Positions 9,313-18,786 of a stretch of 64,000 nucleotides of DNA are shown piece by piece. This stretch comes from a bacterium (GTDB lineage Bacteria; Patescibacteriota; UBA1384; CAILIB01). Within the stretch, counting starts at the first letter, position 1. The number at the start of each line of letters is the position of its first letter. Made by a program: the position numbers and the translations under genes. The DNA lies in contig JBAXRQ010000001.1 of assembly GCA_037131105.1 (NCBI GenBank), positions 66,039-130,038 on the forward strand, written 5' to 3'. Below the pieces are notes generated by a model. The model did no database searches. It was not told where the DNA came from and was given only the letters and a program-made list of their open reading frames with translations.

Positions 9313-10194
9313 TTATGAGATGGTTTCCTGAAGGTACTTTCTAAAGTCGGCACCGAGGTCCTCGCGCTCGAGGGCGAACTCAACAGTGGCCTTCAGGTAC
9401 TCAAGCTTATTGCCGCAGTCGAAGAACTTGACTCCCTTGAGCTCCTTGGCGAAAGTAGGGCGCTCCTGAAGAAGGGCGTTGAGGGCGTCAACCAGCCAGA
9501 TCTCGCCGCCTTTGCCGGCAGTCTGCTGTTCGAGCTTGGTAAAGATGTCCGGGGTAAGTACGCAAGAGCTGATGAAGGCATAGGGGGAGATCTTGTTGTC
9601 TACGCCTGGCTTTTCTACGACCTCGGAGAGTTCATACACTCCGTTTCCCTTGTCTTCCTTCACCTTGACATAGCCGTACTTGTCGTAGTCGCTGTCGGCG
9701 GTTCGTTCCATTACCGAGAGAACTGGTCCCTGGTATTGCTCGTAGGTGGCGATCAGCTGCTCGATCTTAGAGGGGGTTCCCTTGTAGACCTCATCCCCCC
9801 AGACCATGACGAAGGGCTCGTCGCCTACCACTTCCTTAGCCTGGAGAATGGCATGGCCGTTGCCCAGCTGCTCCTTCTGGCGGACGTAGACGAACTTGGC
9901 GATATCAGAGATGTCGCGGATCATCTTCTTCTGGGCCAGCTTACCTGATTTCTCAAGCAGGTATTCGAGCTCCAGATTGTAATCGAAGTAGTCCTCGATG
10001 GCCCGCTTACTGTAGCCGGTGATAAGAATGACCTCGGTGATGCCAGCCGCTACCGCCTCTTCGACGATATACTGGATGACCGGACGGTCAACGATGGGCA
10101 GCATCTCCTTGGGTATGGACTTGGTGAAGGGGAGAAAGCGGGTGCCGTAGCCGGCTACCGGGATGACGATCTTGCGAATTTTGGACATTTCCAA
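9313..10194 (-). CDS. galU: UTP--glucose-1-phosphate uridylyltransferase
   Basis: IPVAGYGTRFLPFTKSIPKEMLPIVDRP, GEIWLVDA, DCGNK. Confidence 0.93.
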   Translation of the reverse strand: MEMSKIRKIVIPVAGYGTRFLPFTKSIPKEMLPIVDRPVIQYIVEEAVAAGITEVILITGYSKRAIEDYFDYNLELEYLLEKSGKLAQKKMIRDISDIAKFVYVRQKEQLGNGHAILQAKEVVGDEPFVMVWGDEVYKGTPSKIEQLIATYEQYQGPVLSVMERTADSDYDKYGYVKVKEDKGNGVYELSEVVEKPGVDNKISPYAFISSCVLTPDIFTKLEQQTAGKGGEIWLVDALNALLQERPTFAKELKGVKFFDCGNKLEYLKATVEFALEREDLGADFRKYLQETIS

Positions 10195-10251
10195 TGAATG
10201 TTACGGTGGGTAGATACTCTTCCTTTGGGCGCTCTTGAGGCGGGCTCCGAA

Positions 10252-10647
10252 CTAACCGATTTCGACGGCGATGGTCTTAGTCCTAGCCTTGGCGGCCTTG
10301 GGAACGGTGACAGTAAGGATGCCATTGACCAGACGGGCTGTGGCCTTGTCGGAGTCTACGGCGACAGGTAGAGCATAGACGCGGGAGAAGGAGCCCCAGT
10401 AGCATTCCTGGACCATGTAGCCGTCTACCTGCTCGCTCTGGTTGTCATGGCGCTCACCTCGGATGCTGACCTGCTCGTCGGTGATGGTGACGTCAAGGTC
10501 TTCCTGGCGTACGCCGGCGATAGGGGCTTTGAGGATGATTTCGGACGGGGTCTGGTAGACGTCGATAGCCAGCTGGCCTTCAAGCTCTTCCATCCAGTCG
10601 GCCGGATCCACTATGGCCTGCATTGTCTCTTCTGGTTTTTTGCTCAT
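10252..10647 (-). CDS. Hsp20/alpha-crystallin small heat shock protein
   Basis: IDVYQT, ECYWGSFSR, NGILTVTVPK. Confidence 0.93.
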   Translation of the reverse strand: MSKKPEETMQAIVDPADWMEELEGQLAIDVYQTPSEIILKAPIAGVRQEDLDVTITDEQVSIRGERHDNQSEQVDGYMVQECYWGSFSRVYALPVAVDSDKATARLVNGILTVTVPKAAKARTKTIAVEIG

Positions 10648-10761
10648 ACGGTCCTCCTTATTCCTATAATTCCTAGGATCTGATCTGTCACTAGTATGCC
10701 CCAGTTTCCAGTGGCTTGCAAGGGTGGCCCGGACCTTGGAAATGCGGTAATGTACAGAGGT

Positions 10762-12003
10762 ATGGCATATCTCTCTACACTCATTGCCTGGGCTCGCCGC
10801 CGCCCTGCCTCTGCCTTGCTCGCTGTCTTGGGAGTGGTCGCATTTGCAATTGGTATCTGGGCCCGGCTATATCACCTGGGAACTCCTAGTTCGCAGGTGT
10901 TTGACGAGGTCTATTTCCCGGTTTTTGCCAATGATTATCTGACCCACGTCAACTTCTTCGACGTGCATCCGCCGCTGGGTAAGTTCATCATCGCCCTAGG
11001 GGTCTGGGTATTCGGCAATGTGCCGTTTGGTTGGCGGATCATGCCGGCAGTGTTTGGCTTGGGTCTACCGGTGCTAGGCGGCTTCACTTGGTATTGGTGG
11101 CGCAAGGAGAGGCTGGGCGCCCTGCTGTTCGCAGTCTTTCTGGCTATTGAGACGATACTCATTGTCTATTCTCGCACCGGGCTGATGGACGGCATCCAGA
11201 CCTTCTTCATACTGGCTGTGTTTGCGGCGGCGGTGCGGATCAAGCGGCCCGAGCAGGTGGTCTGGGTGGCCTTGCTGCTGGGCATGGCTTGTGGGGTCAA
11301 GTGGATTTCACTGGGAGTCATCGTGCCGGTTCTCTATGTGATGTGGCGGCGGAAGTTGTTACTTCCGTTTCTGTTGAGTGTGCCGGTGGTTTTGGCGGCG
11401 TACCTGGTAGTCGTGGTGGTCGGCCAGGCACTTACGGGCTCTACCGATCCCTGGCAGGGTATGGTGCTATGGCACCAACAGGCCTGGGGCTATCAGCTGG
11501 GACTCACCGCCACCCATCCGTGGAGCTCGAAGTGGTGGAGCTGGCCGCTGATGCTGAGGCCGGTACTCTTTTATTACCAGTCCGATGACCAGGGTCGCAT
11601 AATGATGATTACCGCGCTAGGCAATCCCATTCTCTGGTGGAGTAGTACTGCAGCGGTAGTAGTTAGCCTTTTCGTGGTAATCAATGCCTGGTGGCAGGCC
11701 GGGTGGAGGAAGATGCTTGAGCATCCGCTTGTACCGTTGCTGCTCGGCTGGTCGGCACTATTTCTGCCGTTTATCCCGGTACACCGGGTCATGTTCATTT
11801 ATCATTACCTGCCGTCATATGCGTTTGCCATGCTGATGCTGACCGATCTGCTGGGCCGGATCTGGAAGCGCTCGCCCTGGCCGGTGGTGCTGTTTGTGGC
11901 AGTGGTGCTGGGGATCTCAATCTACTACCTGCCCTTTGCCATGGGTCTGCCGCTTAGTCCTGAAGGAAACCAGCAGCATCTCTGGCTGCAGTCGTGGCTC
12001 TAG
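10762..12003 (+). CDS. Polyprenol-phosphate-sugar protein glycosyltransferase (PMT/GT39-like)
   Basis: VFDEVYF, DVHPPLGK, HPWSSKWWSWP, GNPILWW, FIYHYLP; start taken at MAYLS. Confidence 0.9.
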   Translation: MAYLSTLIAWARRRPASALLAVLGVVAFAIGIWARLYHLGTPSSQVFDEVYFPVFANDYLTHVNFFDVHPPLGKFIIALGVWVFGNVPFGWRIMPAVFGLGLPVLGGFTWYWWRKERLGALLFAVFLAIETILIVYSRTGLMDGIQTFFILAVFAAAVRIKRPEQVVWVALLLGMACGVKWISLGVIVPVLYVMWRRKLLLPFLLSVPVVLAAYLVVVVVGQALTGSTDPWQGMVLWHQQAWGYQLGLTATHPWSSKWWSWPLMLRPVLFYYQSDDQGRIMMITALGNPILWWSSTAAVVVSLFVVINAWWQAGWRKMLEHPLVPLLLGWSALFLPFIPVHRVMFIYHYLPSYAFAMLMLTDLLGRIWKRSPWPVVLFVAVVLGISIYYLPFAMGLPLSPEGNQQHLWLQSWL

Positions 12004-12662
12004 CCCACTGGGCGAGTCGCTGGGAGACGAGATTGCTGGACCTCTTCTTTCCTCGGAAGTGTGTTGAGTGTGGTATGGCAGGTGCGTGGCTTTGTGCTGG
12101 GTGTGAGGGTAAGTACCTGGTGGGGGCGGTGCCAGAGGTGCTGCCTTCGGAGGTGCTGCCGGCCGTTGTGTGTCTGCTGGACTTCGGCGCGGGTCCGGTC
12201 CGGGAGCTTATTCATTCCTTGAAATATGACGGGATCCGCGAGGCGGCGGGTGTTTTGGTGGGGTTGGCGGGGAAGTGTGTCAGTCTTGATGAGGCGCGAG
12301 GGTATTACGGGCCTGAGGCTATCTTAGTGCCGGTACCAACTAGCAAGGCAAAGCTAAAAATGCGGGGATACAACCAGGCACAGCTGTTGGCTGAGGAGAT
12401 TGCGGCGTGGCTGGGAGTGGAAGTAAAGGAGGGCTTAGTCGCGCATAAAAGAAAGCAGTCCCAGGTGGGCAAGGGACTGGCGGAACGGAGTCATTTGGAA
12501 GGCCGCTTTAGTGTGGTAAAGGATGGACTGCCCAAGGACCGGCCATTGGTGCTGGTGGATGACGTGTATACGACGGGGAGCACGCTCAGGGCCTGTGCGG
12601 AGGCGCTAAAGAGGGACGGGTATCGGGTGGCGGGTGGGTTGGTGCTGGCGCACAAACGCTAA
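11994..12662 (+). CDS. comF: ComF family competence protein (double zinc ribbon + PRTase)
   Basis: FPRKCVECG...LCAGC, RGYNQA, VLVDDVYTTGST. Confidence 0.9.
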   Translation: MALAHWASRWETRLLDLFFPRKCVECGMAGAWLCAGCEGKYLVGAVPEVLPSEVLPAVVCLLDFGAGPVRELIHSLKYDGIREAAGVLVGLAGKCVSLDEARGYYGPEAILVPVPTSKAKLKMRGYNQAQLLAEEIAAWLGVEVKEGLVAHKRKQSQVGKGLAERSHLEGRFSVVKDGLPKDRPLVLVDDVYTTGSTLRACAEALKRDGYRVAGGLVLAHKR

Positions 12663-12741
12663 GGCGGTCCGTTGCTTTGGTGAGCTACGAACCGCCTTGG
12701 AAGCTTTTTGGTAGTACGCGTAGTGCGCAGCACCTCTGTCG

Positions 12742-13017
12742 TTAGTCGATGACCATATCCCAGAATTCAGGGGGAAAGTTGCTTTGGGAATCGTCGAGCC
12801 ATCTTAGCGTAGGAATCACTACTGTCTCATTGCGATGGGCAAGTTTCGCACATACCAGTCGGAGACGAGCGGTCTCAACCTGCGTGTGCGTTGCGCGTCC
12901 CGATATCTTCATATTTCGCAATCTTCTGTACCTCGCCTTGGCCCTTTTTACTGTGTGAGCCAATTGCGACGGACTTTTTGGGGAATCAAGATTCAGTACC
13001 ATGATGCTCCTTTGCAT
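12742..13017 (-). CDS. Small basic hypothetical protein
   Basis: 91-aa ORF; AAGGAG precedes the internal ATG (MVLNL), the likely start. Confidence 0.5.
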   Translation of the reverse strand: MQRSIMVLNLDSPKSPSQLAHTVKRAKARYRRLRNMKISGRATHTQVETARLRLVCAKLAHRNETVVIPTLRWLDDSQSNFPPEFWDMVID

Positions 13018-13085
13018 GGTCGATACGGGGGTATCAGCCTACTGTCTCAAGAGTACTATTTTGGGGGAGAAAGTACAGGTACTTT

Positions 13086-13258
13086 GCCCGGCAGGAATGT
13101 GCCCTTCGGGCACCGCTTCCCGGTCTGCAGCGGCCGCTTAGGCGGCCTTGCTTACGCCGGGAGCACGAACGAACCTGCATCTATCGTAAGAAGGTCGCAG
13201 GTTCTTTCAGTTGAACGCACCAAAGAAAAAGAACCAACCGAAGTTGGTTCTTTTTCTT
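13086..13258 (-). other. tRNA-Arg downstream cassette (hairpin + antisense tRNA segment + motif C + direct 3' copy)
   Basis: Hairpin 13216-13265; inverted 16-nt tRNA copy 13189-13204; direct copies 13170-13178 and 13086-13098. Confidence 0.75.
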
Positions 13259-13334
13259 TGGTGCGCCCGGCAGGAATCGAACCTGCGACCTTCTGGACCG
13301 CAACCAGACGCTCTATCCCCTGAGCTACGAGCGC
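13259..13334 (-). tRNA. tRNA-Arg(GCG)
   Basis: GCGCTCGTAGCTCAGGGGATAGAGCG-TCTGG-TTGCGGT-CCAGA...GGTTCGATTCCTGCCGGGCGCACCA; 76 nt. Confidence 0.93.
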
Positions 13335-13379
13335 AAACACTTTGCGGTTAATCTCACTTACCTCCTTCTCTAAGCGGAA

Positions 13380-13468
13380 GGTCTTCGCTGGTGTGGGACA
13401 CACACAGTGGAAACCATTCAGACCCTAGGACTCGCCTCCCGGCGGTCCGTCGCCTGAGCTACGAGCGC
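13380..13468 (-). other. Motif B copy plus 16-bp duplicate of the tRNA-Arg 5' end
   Basis: cctgagctacgagcgc at 13453-13468 equals 13319-13334; CCGGGAG...CTAG...CAGCGAAG module between them. Confidence 0.7.
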
Positions 13469-13605
13469 GAACAGTGGTGCCGACGACCGGCTTTGTGCGG
13501 ATAACAGGGTAACTATAGCGGAACCTGGTCTTTTTGGCAATGATCCGGGGCTATCCCCATATTGGAAAAGCTATGCTACGGTAAAAGCGACCCTAACTTC
13601 TCCTT

Positions 13606-14388
13606 ATGCGCATTGGCATCTTTGATTCCGGCTTGGGCGGTCTGCTCATCTGCCACTCCCTAGTGGCGGCATTACCTGACTATGATTACGTGTATCTCGG
13701 AGATACCAAACGAGTGCCCTACGGCAACCGTTCCCAGGAGGCGGTGTTCGAATTTACCTGCCAGGCGGCACAGTATCTTTTTGAAAAGGAAGACTGCCAG
13801 CTGATCATTGTGGCCTGCAATACGGCTTCGGCCGAGGCCTTGCGGAAGGTCCAGCAGGAGTGGCTGCCACAGCATTTTCCCGAGAGAAGGGTGCTGGGAG
13901 TGATCGTGCCGACGGTAGAGGCGCTCGGTTCGTTACAAGAAGGTGATAAGGTAGGTATCCTGGCTACCACAAGTACGGTAAACTCGCAGGCTTATCCCAT
14001 TGAGATTGCCCAACGTTTCCCAAGCCTTACCGTGATCCAGCAGGCGGCTCCGCTTCTGGTACCGCTCATCGAGCATAAGGGGCTTCAGTGGGCTGGGCCT
14101 ATCCTTGATCACTATCTCGAACCGCTGAGGGACTGCGCGGCCATAGTGCTCGGCTGCACCCATTATGCGGCCATAAAGGACATGGTGGCGGAGCGGCTGC
14201 CGCATGCGCAGATAATCGCCCAGGACGAGCTGATTCCGGCTTCGTTCAAGCAGTATTTGGGGCGTCACCCTGAGACTGAAATACTACTGGGACGAGGTGG
14301 AGGCAGACACTACCTGGTGACCGACTTGACCGAGAACCTACCTCATTTCAATAGCGTTGACATCAGCCTAACCGAGATCGCCCTATGA
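13606..14388 (+). CDS. murI: Glutamate racemase
   Basis: IGIFDSGLGG, PYGNRS, ACNTAS, LGCTHY. Confidence 0.95.
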   Translation: MRIGIFDSGLGGLLICHSLVAALPDYDYVYLGDTKRVPYGNRSQEAVFEFTCQAAQYLFEKEDCQLIIVACNTASAEALRKVQQEWLPQHFPERRVLGVIVPTVEALGSLQEGDKVGILATTSTVNSQAYPIEIAQRFPSLTVIQQAAPLLVPLIEHKGLQWAGPILDHYLEPLRDCAAIVLGCTHYAAIKDMVAERLPHAQIIAQDELIPASFKQYLGRHPETEILLGRGGGRHYLVTDLTENLPHFNSVDISLTEIAL

Positions 14389-14846
14389 ACGCAGAAAACC
14401 CGCTAAGCCAGGAAGAGTTCGACAGCATCTATGCGAAGGTTCCCCGCCTGACGGTTGAGATTATTGTGAAGAATGACTCTGGCGCCATATACCTCACTGA
14501 GCGGGCCATCGGGCCTTGCAAGGGGAAGTGGCATCTGCCGGGTGGGACCGTGCGCTTCGGCGAGCCCATGGTGGAGGCGGTGGCTAGGATTGCCAAGCGG
14601 GAGCTGAGTATTGAAGTGACAGCCAGTCAGAATGTGGGGTATATCGAGTATCCCAGCCATTATCTACACGGGCTGGACTCACCGGTGGGCATTGTCTTTG
14701 AAGTGACGGCGTTTGACGGTGAGCTGGCGGTCAATGCCGAGGCCTCACACGGAGGCTGGTTCACTGCAGTCCCTGAGTGCATGCACGAGGATCAGGATGT
14801 TTTTCTCATTGAGCGCCGTTACTTGTCGACTTCAGGTAAGGGGTAA
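14385..14846 (+). CDS. NUDIX hydrolase
   Basis: WHLPGGTVRFGEPMVEAVARIAKRELSI Nudix box. Confidence 0.9.
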   Translation: MNAENPLSQEEFDSIYAKVPRLTVEIIVKNDSGAIYLTERAIGPCKGKWHLPGGTVRFGEPMVEAVARIAKRELSIEVTASQNVGYIEYPSHYLHGLDSPVGIVFEVTAFDGELAVNAEASHGGWFTAVPECMHEDQDVFLIERRYLSTSGKG

Positions 14847-15274
14847 TTGCCGAGGACCCGGCCGATGATCTGGCTCTTCAGAATCGGTCCGTAGACCCGG
14901 GAGTCAGTGCTGCCGCCCCGGTTGTCGCCTTCGACGAAGTATTGGTTCTCTTGTAATACTACCGGCTGGTTCTGCACGAGTACGGTCTCACCGGGAAGTC
15001 CCTCGACCCGCTTTACGAATCTTACCGACTGGGCGCCCTCGTACTGGACGATGACTACATCGTCTTTCTGGGGAGTGCGGAACCAGAGGCAGGCCTCGCA
15101 CACCGCCAGCGGCTGTCCGTTCTGGAGGGTGGGCTGCATGCTGTGGCCGTCTACCCTGAAGATGGTGATGACAAAGGCATTGGCCAGGATAAGCACTACC
15201 AGCAGTACGGCGATGCGACCCAGTAGGGTGTGGGCGTAGCGGAGCAGGCGGATGGGCTTGATGCTATTCAACAT
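14819..15274 (-). CDS. lepB: Signal peptidase I
   Basis: GHSMQPTL, FVKRV, GDNRGGSTDSR. Confidence 0.9.
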   Translation of the reverse strand: MLNSIKPIRLLRYAHTLLGRIAVLLVVLILANAFVITIFRVDGHSMQPTLQNGQPLAVCEACLWFRTPQKDDVVIVQYEGAQSVRFVKRVEGLPGETVLVQNQPVVLQENQYFVEGDNRGGSTDSRVYGPILKSQIIGRVLGNYPLPEVDK

Positions 15275-16679
15275 TGGGGTCCTTTAGTGAGGCCATGTCC
15301 TTGGAAATGGATTTGACAGTGTTCTCGATCCTGCGCAGAAATAGCAGGGGCTCGACGATGGCTTCATCCTGGGTGCTGTACCACTGAGGGACGCTGCAGC
15401 TAGTGTGACGGAAACGCTCGAGCCACTGATGAGAGCGGCGTCCCGCCAATGCGAACGGCATGAGCTGGAAGAGGAGGATGCCTTGGGTGCCCTCTTGCCC
15501 GATATGCTGGGAGTCAGCCAGGTAGCCGAGGAACTTCGAGCACTCTCCCAGGTAGCTCTTTCCCAGCGCTGAAAAGCTGAGGGTATGGCCTCCTGCCCAG
15601 TAGAGGGCGACGCCACCCAAGTACAGACCTACTCCCGCCCAGAGAATGACCGAAAAGCTGCTGAGCAGGGTGGCTCCTAGAGCCGCATAGAGCAGGCCAG
15701 CGAACTGCACCCCGATAGCCAGGGTCTTGATGCGCAGGTGGGTGAAGCGGGGATTCTCGGCAAAATAACCTTGTGTCTGGAAGCCGTCATAGATCTCAAG
15801 GTAAATCTGGTTTACCGCTGCTGAGAAGAGGTCCTTATCCAGGCTGGCCAAAATGTCCTCGAGGTGGCTGGTCTGGTTGGTGGCAAAAAGCAGGGCCAGA
15901 AGGCCGCGCTCATAGTCAGTCAGTCCTTCTACGGTTGCAGTGCGGAGAAATAGGATGCCATGGGGACCTTGGATGATTTGGAGATAGCCACGTTCAGCCA
16001 GGTCAAATAGCAGGGCGATGAGATCGGCAGGACCGACACCGCCATGGTGAAGGATGGCCAGTTGGATGGGGCGCAGGTCGGCCGGAGGGGTCGGGGTGCT
16101 TTGACGGCCGGTTTTCAGGGGAGAACGGCTGATCCATACTGAATAGCCTGAAAGCACCAGTAGAATGAGACCGGCGGCTATCGGTCCGTCATTGGGATTG
16201 AGGCCTCCCAGCCAGCGCTCAAAACGGACGAGGAGTCCTGGTGTGAAGAATCCCGGGTCAGCCTGGAGGGAGACGGCGGTATAGGAGTCAGGAACGATGT
16301 CGACTATCTGCAGGGTGAGGCGCCGCTCATCCAGCCAGCTGCTGTACAGAGTGCTGGTACCTTGTATAGAGATAAAGGTGGGAGTCACCTGCTCTTCTGC
16401 CTGGCTTTGGTCGAAGTCTATTTCGACCTGGGTATTGACCGGCTGGTCGGCATTATTTGGGGTGACCAGGGGAATGGAGAGCTCTCCAGCGGGTGTAAGC
16501 CTACCTACCAGCGTATTTCCTTGGCGGGCGTTACCCTGGCTGTCTACGCTGATGGGGAGAGCAAGATCTACGGGTGAGATCCGGCTATTCAGATAGAGTC
16601 CCGAAACGGCAAAGGCCAGTACCGCGACGGTGACGAGCGGCAGGGCCTGGGCAGCGAGAGTACGAGTCGAGAACGGCAT
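15264..16679 (-). CDS. DUF2207-like membrane protein
   Basis: PPADLRP...DLAERGYL, YER.LL, PFALA, PQWY segments and TM pairs. Confidence 0.7.
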   Translation of the reverse strand: MPFSTRTLAAQALPLVTVAVLAFAVSGLYLNSRISPVDLALPISVDSQGNARQGNTLVGRLTPAGELSIPLVTPNNADQPVNTQVEIDFDQSQAEEQVTPTFISIQGTSTLYSSWLDERRLTLQIVDIVPDSYTAVSLQADPGFFTPGLLVRFERWLGGLNPNDGPIAAGLILLVLSGYSVWISRSPLKTGRQSTPTPPADLRPIQLAILHHGGVGPADLIALLFDLAERGYLQIIQGPHGILFLRTATVEGLTDYERGLLALLFATNQTSHLEDILASLDKDLFSAAVNQIYLEIYDGFQTQGYFAENPRFTHLRIKTLAIGVQFAGLLYAALGATLLSSFSVILWAGVGLYLGGVALYWAGGHTLSFSALGKSYLGECSKFLGYLADSQHIGQEGTQGILLFQLMPFALAGRRSHQWLERFRHTSCSVPQWYSTQDEAIVEPLLFLRRIENTVKSISKDMASLKDPNVE

Positions 16680-16707
16680 GATTCCAGTATACTCCGGACA
16701 GCTTCCT

Positions 16708-17427
16708 TTAGGCTACGAGCCCGGCCAGCCAGTAGGCCAGGCCACCGGCGGCACCGCCCACTAGAACAGTTTGGAGGGAGCTGCGCAAGGCAGGACTGCC
16801 AGTTGCCTTGCCCTTGAGATAGCCAAACAGAATAAGGGCCAGTAGGGTGAATCCTATTGAGAAGAGCAGTCCTTCATGGGCGTTGCTGGTAAAGAGATAG
16901 GGTGCCAGGGGGATGGATCCACCGACAATGTAGGCGGCGGCTATAGTGGCGGCACTGACAAGGGCACGCTGGGGATGTGGCTCCTCAAGACCTAGCTCGA
17001 ATCTCATCATGAAATCTACCCAGGCTTCTGGCTTGCGCCGTAGTCCGTCTACTACGATCTTCGCCTCGTCATGGTTCAGTCCGTAGGTGGTTAGTACGTG
17101 GGCGACCTCCTGGGCTTCGGTCTCAGGTACGCGCTCCACCTCATCCACTTCTCGCTTGCGTTCATTCACGTAATGCTCGGCCTCGCTACGGGCTGCCAGG
17201 TAGCCTCCCAGTCCCATGGAAATGGATCCGGCGGCGATCTCGGCCAGTCCTGCCGCGACGATGATATGCGAGGCGGCCACGGCTCCGGCGAGTCCGGCAG
17301 CCAGGGCGAAGGGTACGGTAAGCCCATCGGCCATTCCCAGGATGACATCGCGGATGGAGTCGGAAGAATGAAGGTGAGGCTCGGGATGATGGTGGTCGGT
17401 TGGCATACGTTGAAATGAGTTAGACAA
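16708..17427 (-). CDS. VIT1/CCC1 family Fe/Mn transporter
   Basis: RDVILGMADGL, ISMGLGGYLA, MMRFELG; His-rich N-terminus. Confidence 0.93.
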   Translation of the reverse strand: MSNSFQRMPTDHHHPEPHLHSSDSIRDVILGMADGLTVPFALAAGLAGAVAASHIIVAAGLAEIAAGSISMGLGGYLAARSEAEHYVNERKREVDEVERVPETEAQEVAHVLTTYGLNHDEAKIVVDGLRRKPEAWVDFMMRFELGLEEPHPQRALVSAATIAAAYIVGGSIPLAPYLFTSNAHEGLLFSIGFTLLALILFGYLKGKATGSPALRSSLQTVLVGGAAGGLAYWLAGLVA

Positions 17428-17460
17428 TAAAAAGTAACTGGCTGTACCTGTAGGCGGGGC

Positions 17461-18291
17461 TTAGTAGCCGAAGCGCGCTATCAGTATGAGCAGCACCAAG
17501 GCCAGGGCGAACCTATAATAGGCGAAGCTGGTCAGCGAGTAGCGGGTATAGAACCTCAGCAGGAACTTCAGGGTGAAGTATCCGGTGATGAATGAGACGA
17601 CCGCGCCTACGAGATAGAAGGCAAGTACGTCGGCGGCAATTCCCTGGCTATGAATGAGGCTAACGAAGTCCAGCAGCTTCTTGCCGGTGGCGGCGATGGT
17701 GATCGGTACTGAGAGGAGGAAGCTGTAGCGGGCGGCAGTTACCCGGTCCATACCGAGGAAGAGACCGGTGGTAATGGTTATGCCGGAACGGGAGACGCCG
17801 GGAACGAATGCCAGACACTGGGAGAGAGCGGTCGCAACTATCTGAAGAGGAGTAGGTTCAACGTTGTGGTCGCGCCGCCAGGTGATCACTTCGGCCACGA
17901 TCATCAGGATACCTACGATGACAAGGCTGGCGGCGATATATGAGAGTGAGCGAAACTGGGTCTCGATCCGCTTCTGCAGCAGCATGCCGAGCAGGCCAAC
18001 CGGGACAGTGGCTCCCAGTATTAGCCAGGGCATCTGTTCCTTGGCGGCAAGCGGCTTGGCACCGGAGGGGAGGCGGAGCCTTCCGAAGATGTCCCTAAGG
18101 TCACTCCAGAAAAAGATAAGGACGGCGGCGATAGTCCCAAGATTGATAAACATGTCGAAGGACAGGCCGTAGGTGGCCTGATTCAGTCCGAACAGCTTCT
18201 CGGTAATGATAAGGTGTGCGGTGGAGGAGACCGGCAGGAATTCGGTAATGCCTTGGACGGCACCAAGGATGATAGCTTGGATAATGTGCAT
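17461..18291 (-). CDS. uppP: Undecaprenyl-diphosphate phosphatase
   Basis: QGITEFLPVSSTAH, PGVSRSG, ARYSFLLSVP. Confidence 0.95.
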   Translation of the reverse strand: MHIIQAIILGAVQGITEFLPVSSTAHLIITEKLFGLNQATYGLSFDMFINLGTIAAVLIFFWSDLRDIFGRLRLPSGAKPLAAKEQMPWLILGATVPVGLLGMLLQKRIETQFRSLSYIAASLVIVGILMIVAEVITWRRDHNVEPTPLQIVATALSQCLAFVPGVSRSGITITTGLFLGMDRVTAARYSFLLSVPITIAATGKKLLDFVSLIHSQGIAADVLAFYLVGAVVSFITGYFTLKFLLRFYTRYSLTSFAYYRFALALVLLILIARFGY

Positions 18292-18383
18292 AGCCTTACT
18301 ATAGCTGCCTTAGCTGAGGGTTTCCAGCCTAAAAGCCAAAACCCCGGCCACAGGACGTGGGCGGGGAGTTGGGAAAGGCCGTG

Positions 18384-18767
18384 TCAGTCGATGCGGCGGC
18401 TCTTCATCCAGGTGCTGAAGATCTCTTCTCGAAGGAGGTTAAGGACTCCAGGAGTCACAAGGAAGAGGACGTAGACGGCAGGTATGGCTACATAGCCAGG
18501 AAATCCAACAGAGCAGGATATCCAGCCGGCGGCTATGCCAAGGCAGATAGTGCGGACAAGCTCCAGATAGCGGGCTGGCGCCTCAAGCCAGCGGACTACA
18601 ACGTCGGATGTGAAAGGGGCGGCTGCCACTCCCAATAGGATATACACGTGCTCGGTAGTGCGTAGGAATTCAACTTCAACCCCAACGAGTGTGATGAGCA
18701 ATAGTATCTTCATGCCAGCAATAACTCGTCTTGCTATGCGCTCAAATATTGCAGGGTTCACGGTCAC
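18384..18767 (-). CDS. Hypothetical membrane protein
   Basis: AAGGAG before the GTG start, hydrophobic segments. Confidence 0.55.
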   Translation of the reverse strand: MTVNPAIFERIARRVIAGMKILLLITLVGVEVEFLRTTEHVYILLGVAAAPFTSDVVVRWLEAPARYLELVRTICLGIAAGWISCSVGFPGYVAIPAVYVLFLVTPGVLNLLREEIFSTWMKSRRID

Positions 18768-18786
18768 TCCTTTTCAAATGCTAGGA

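Noticed and set aside
12662-12698. Hairpin after comF containing tgagctacga, matching 10 nt of tRNA-Arg
   Set aside because: A 10-nt match is compatible with chance, and the hairpin is adequately explained as a terminator between convergent genes.
12835-13403. ORFs overlapping tRNAs and cassettes (also 29955-30394, 45748-45981, 55998-56500, 58218-58457)
   Set aside because: Spurious frames across RNA genes and palindromes.
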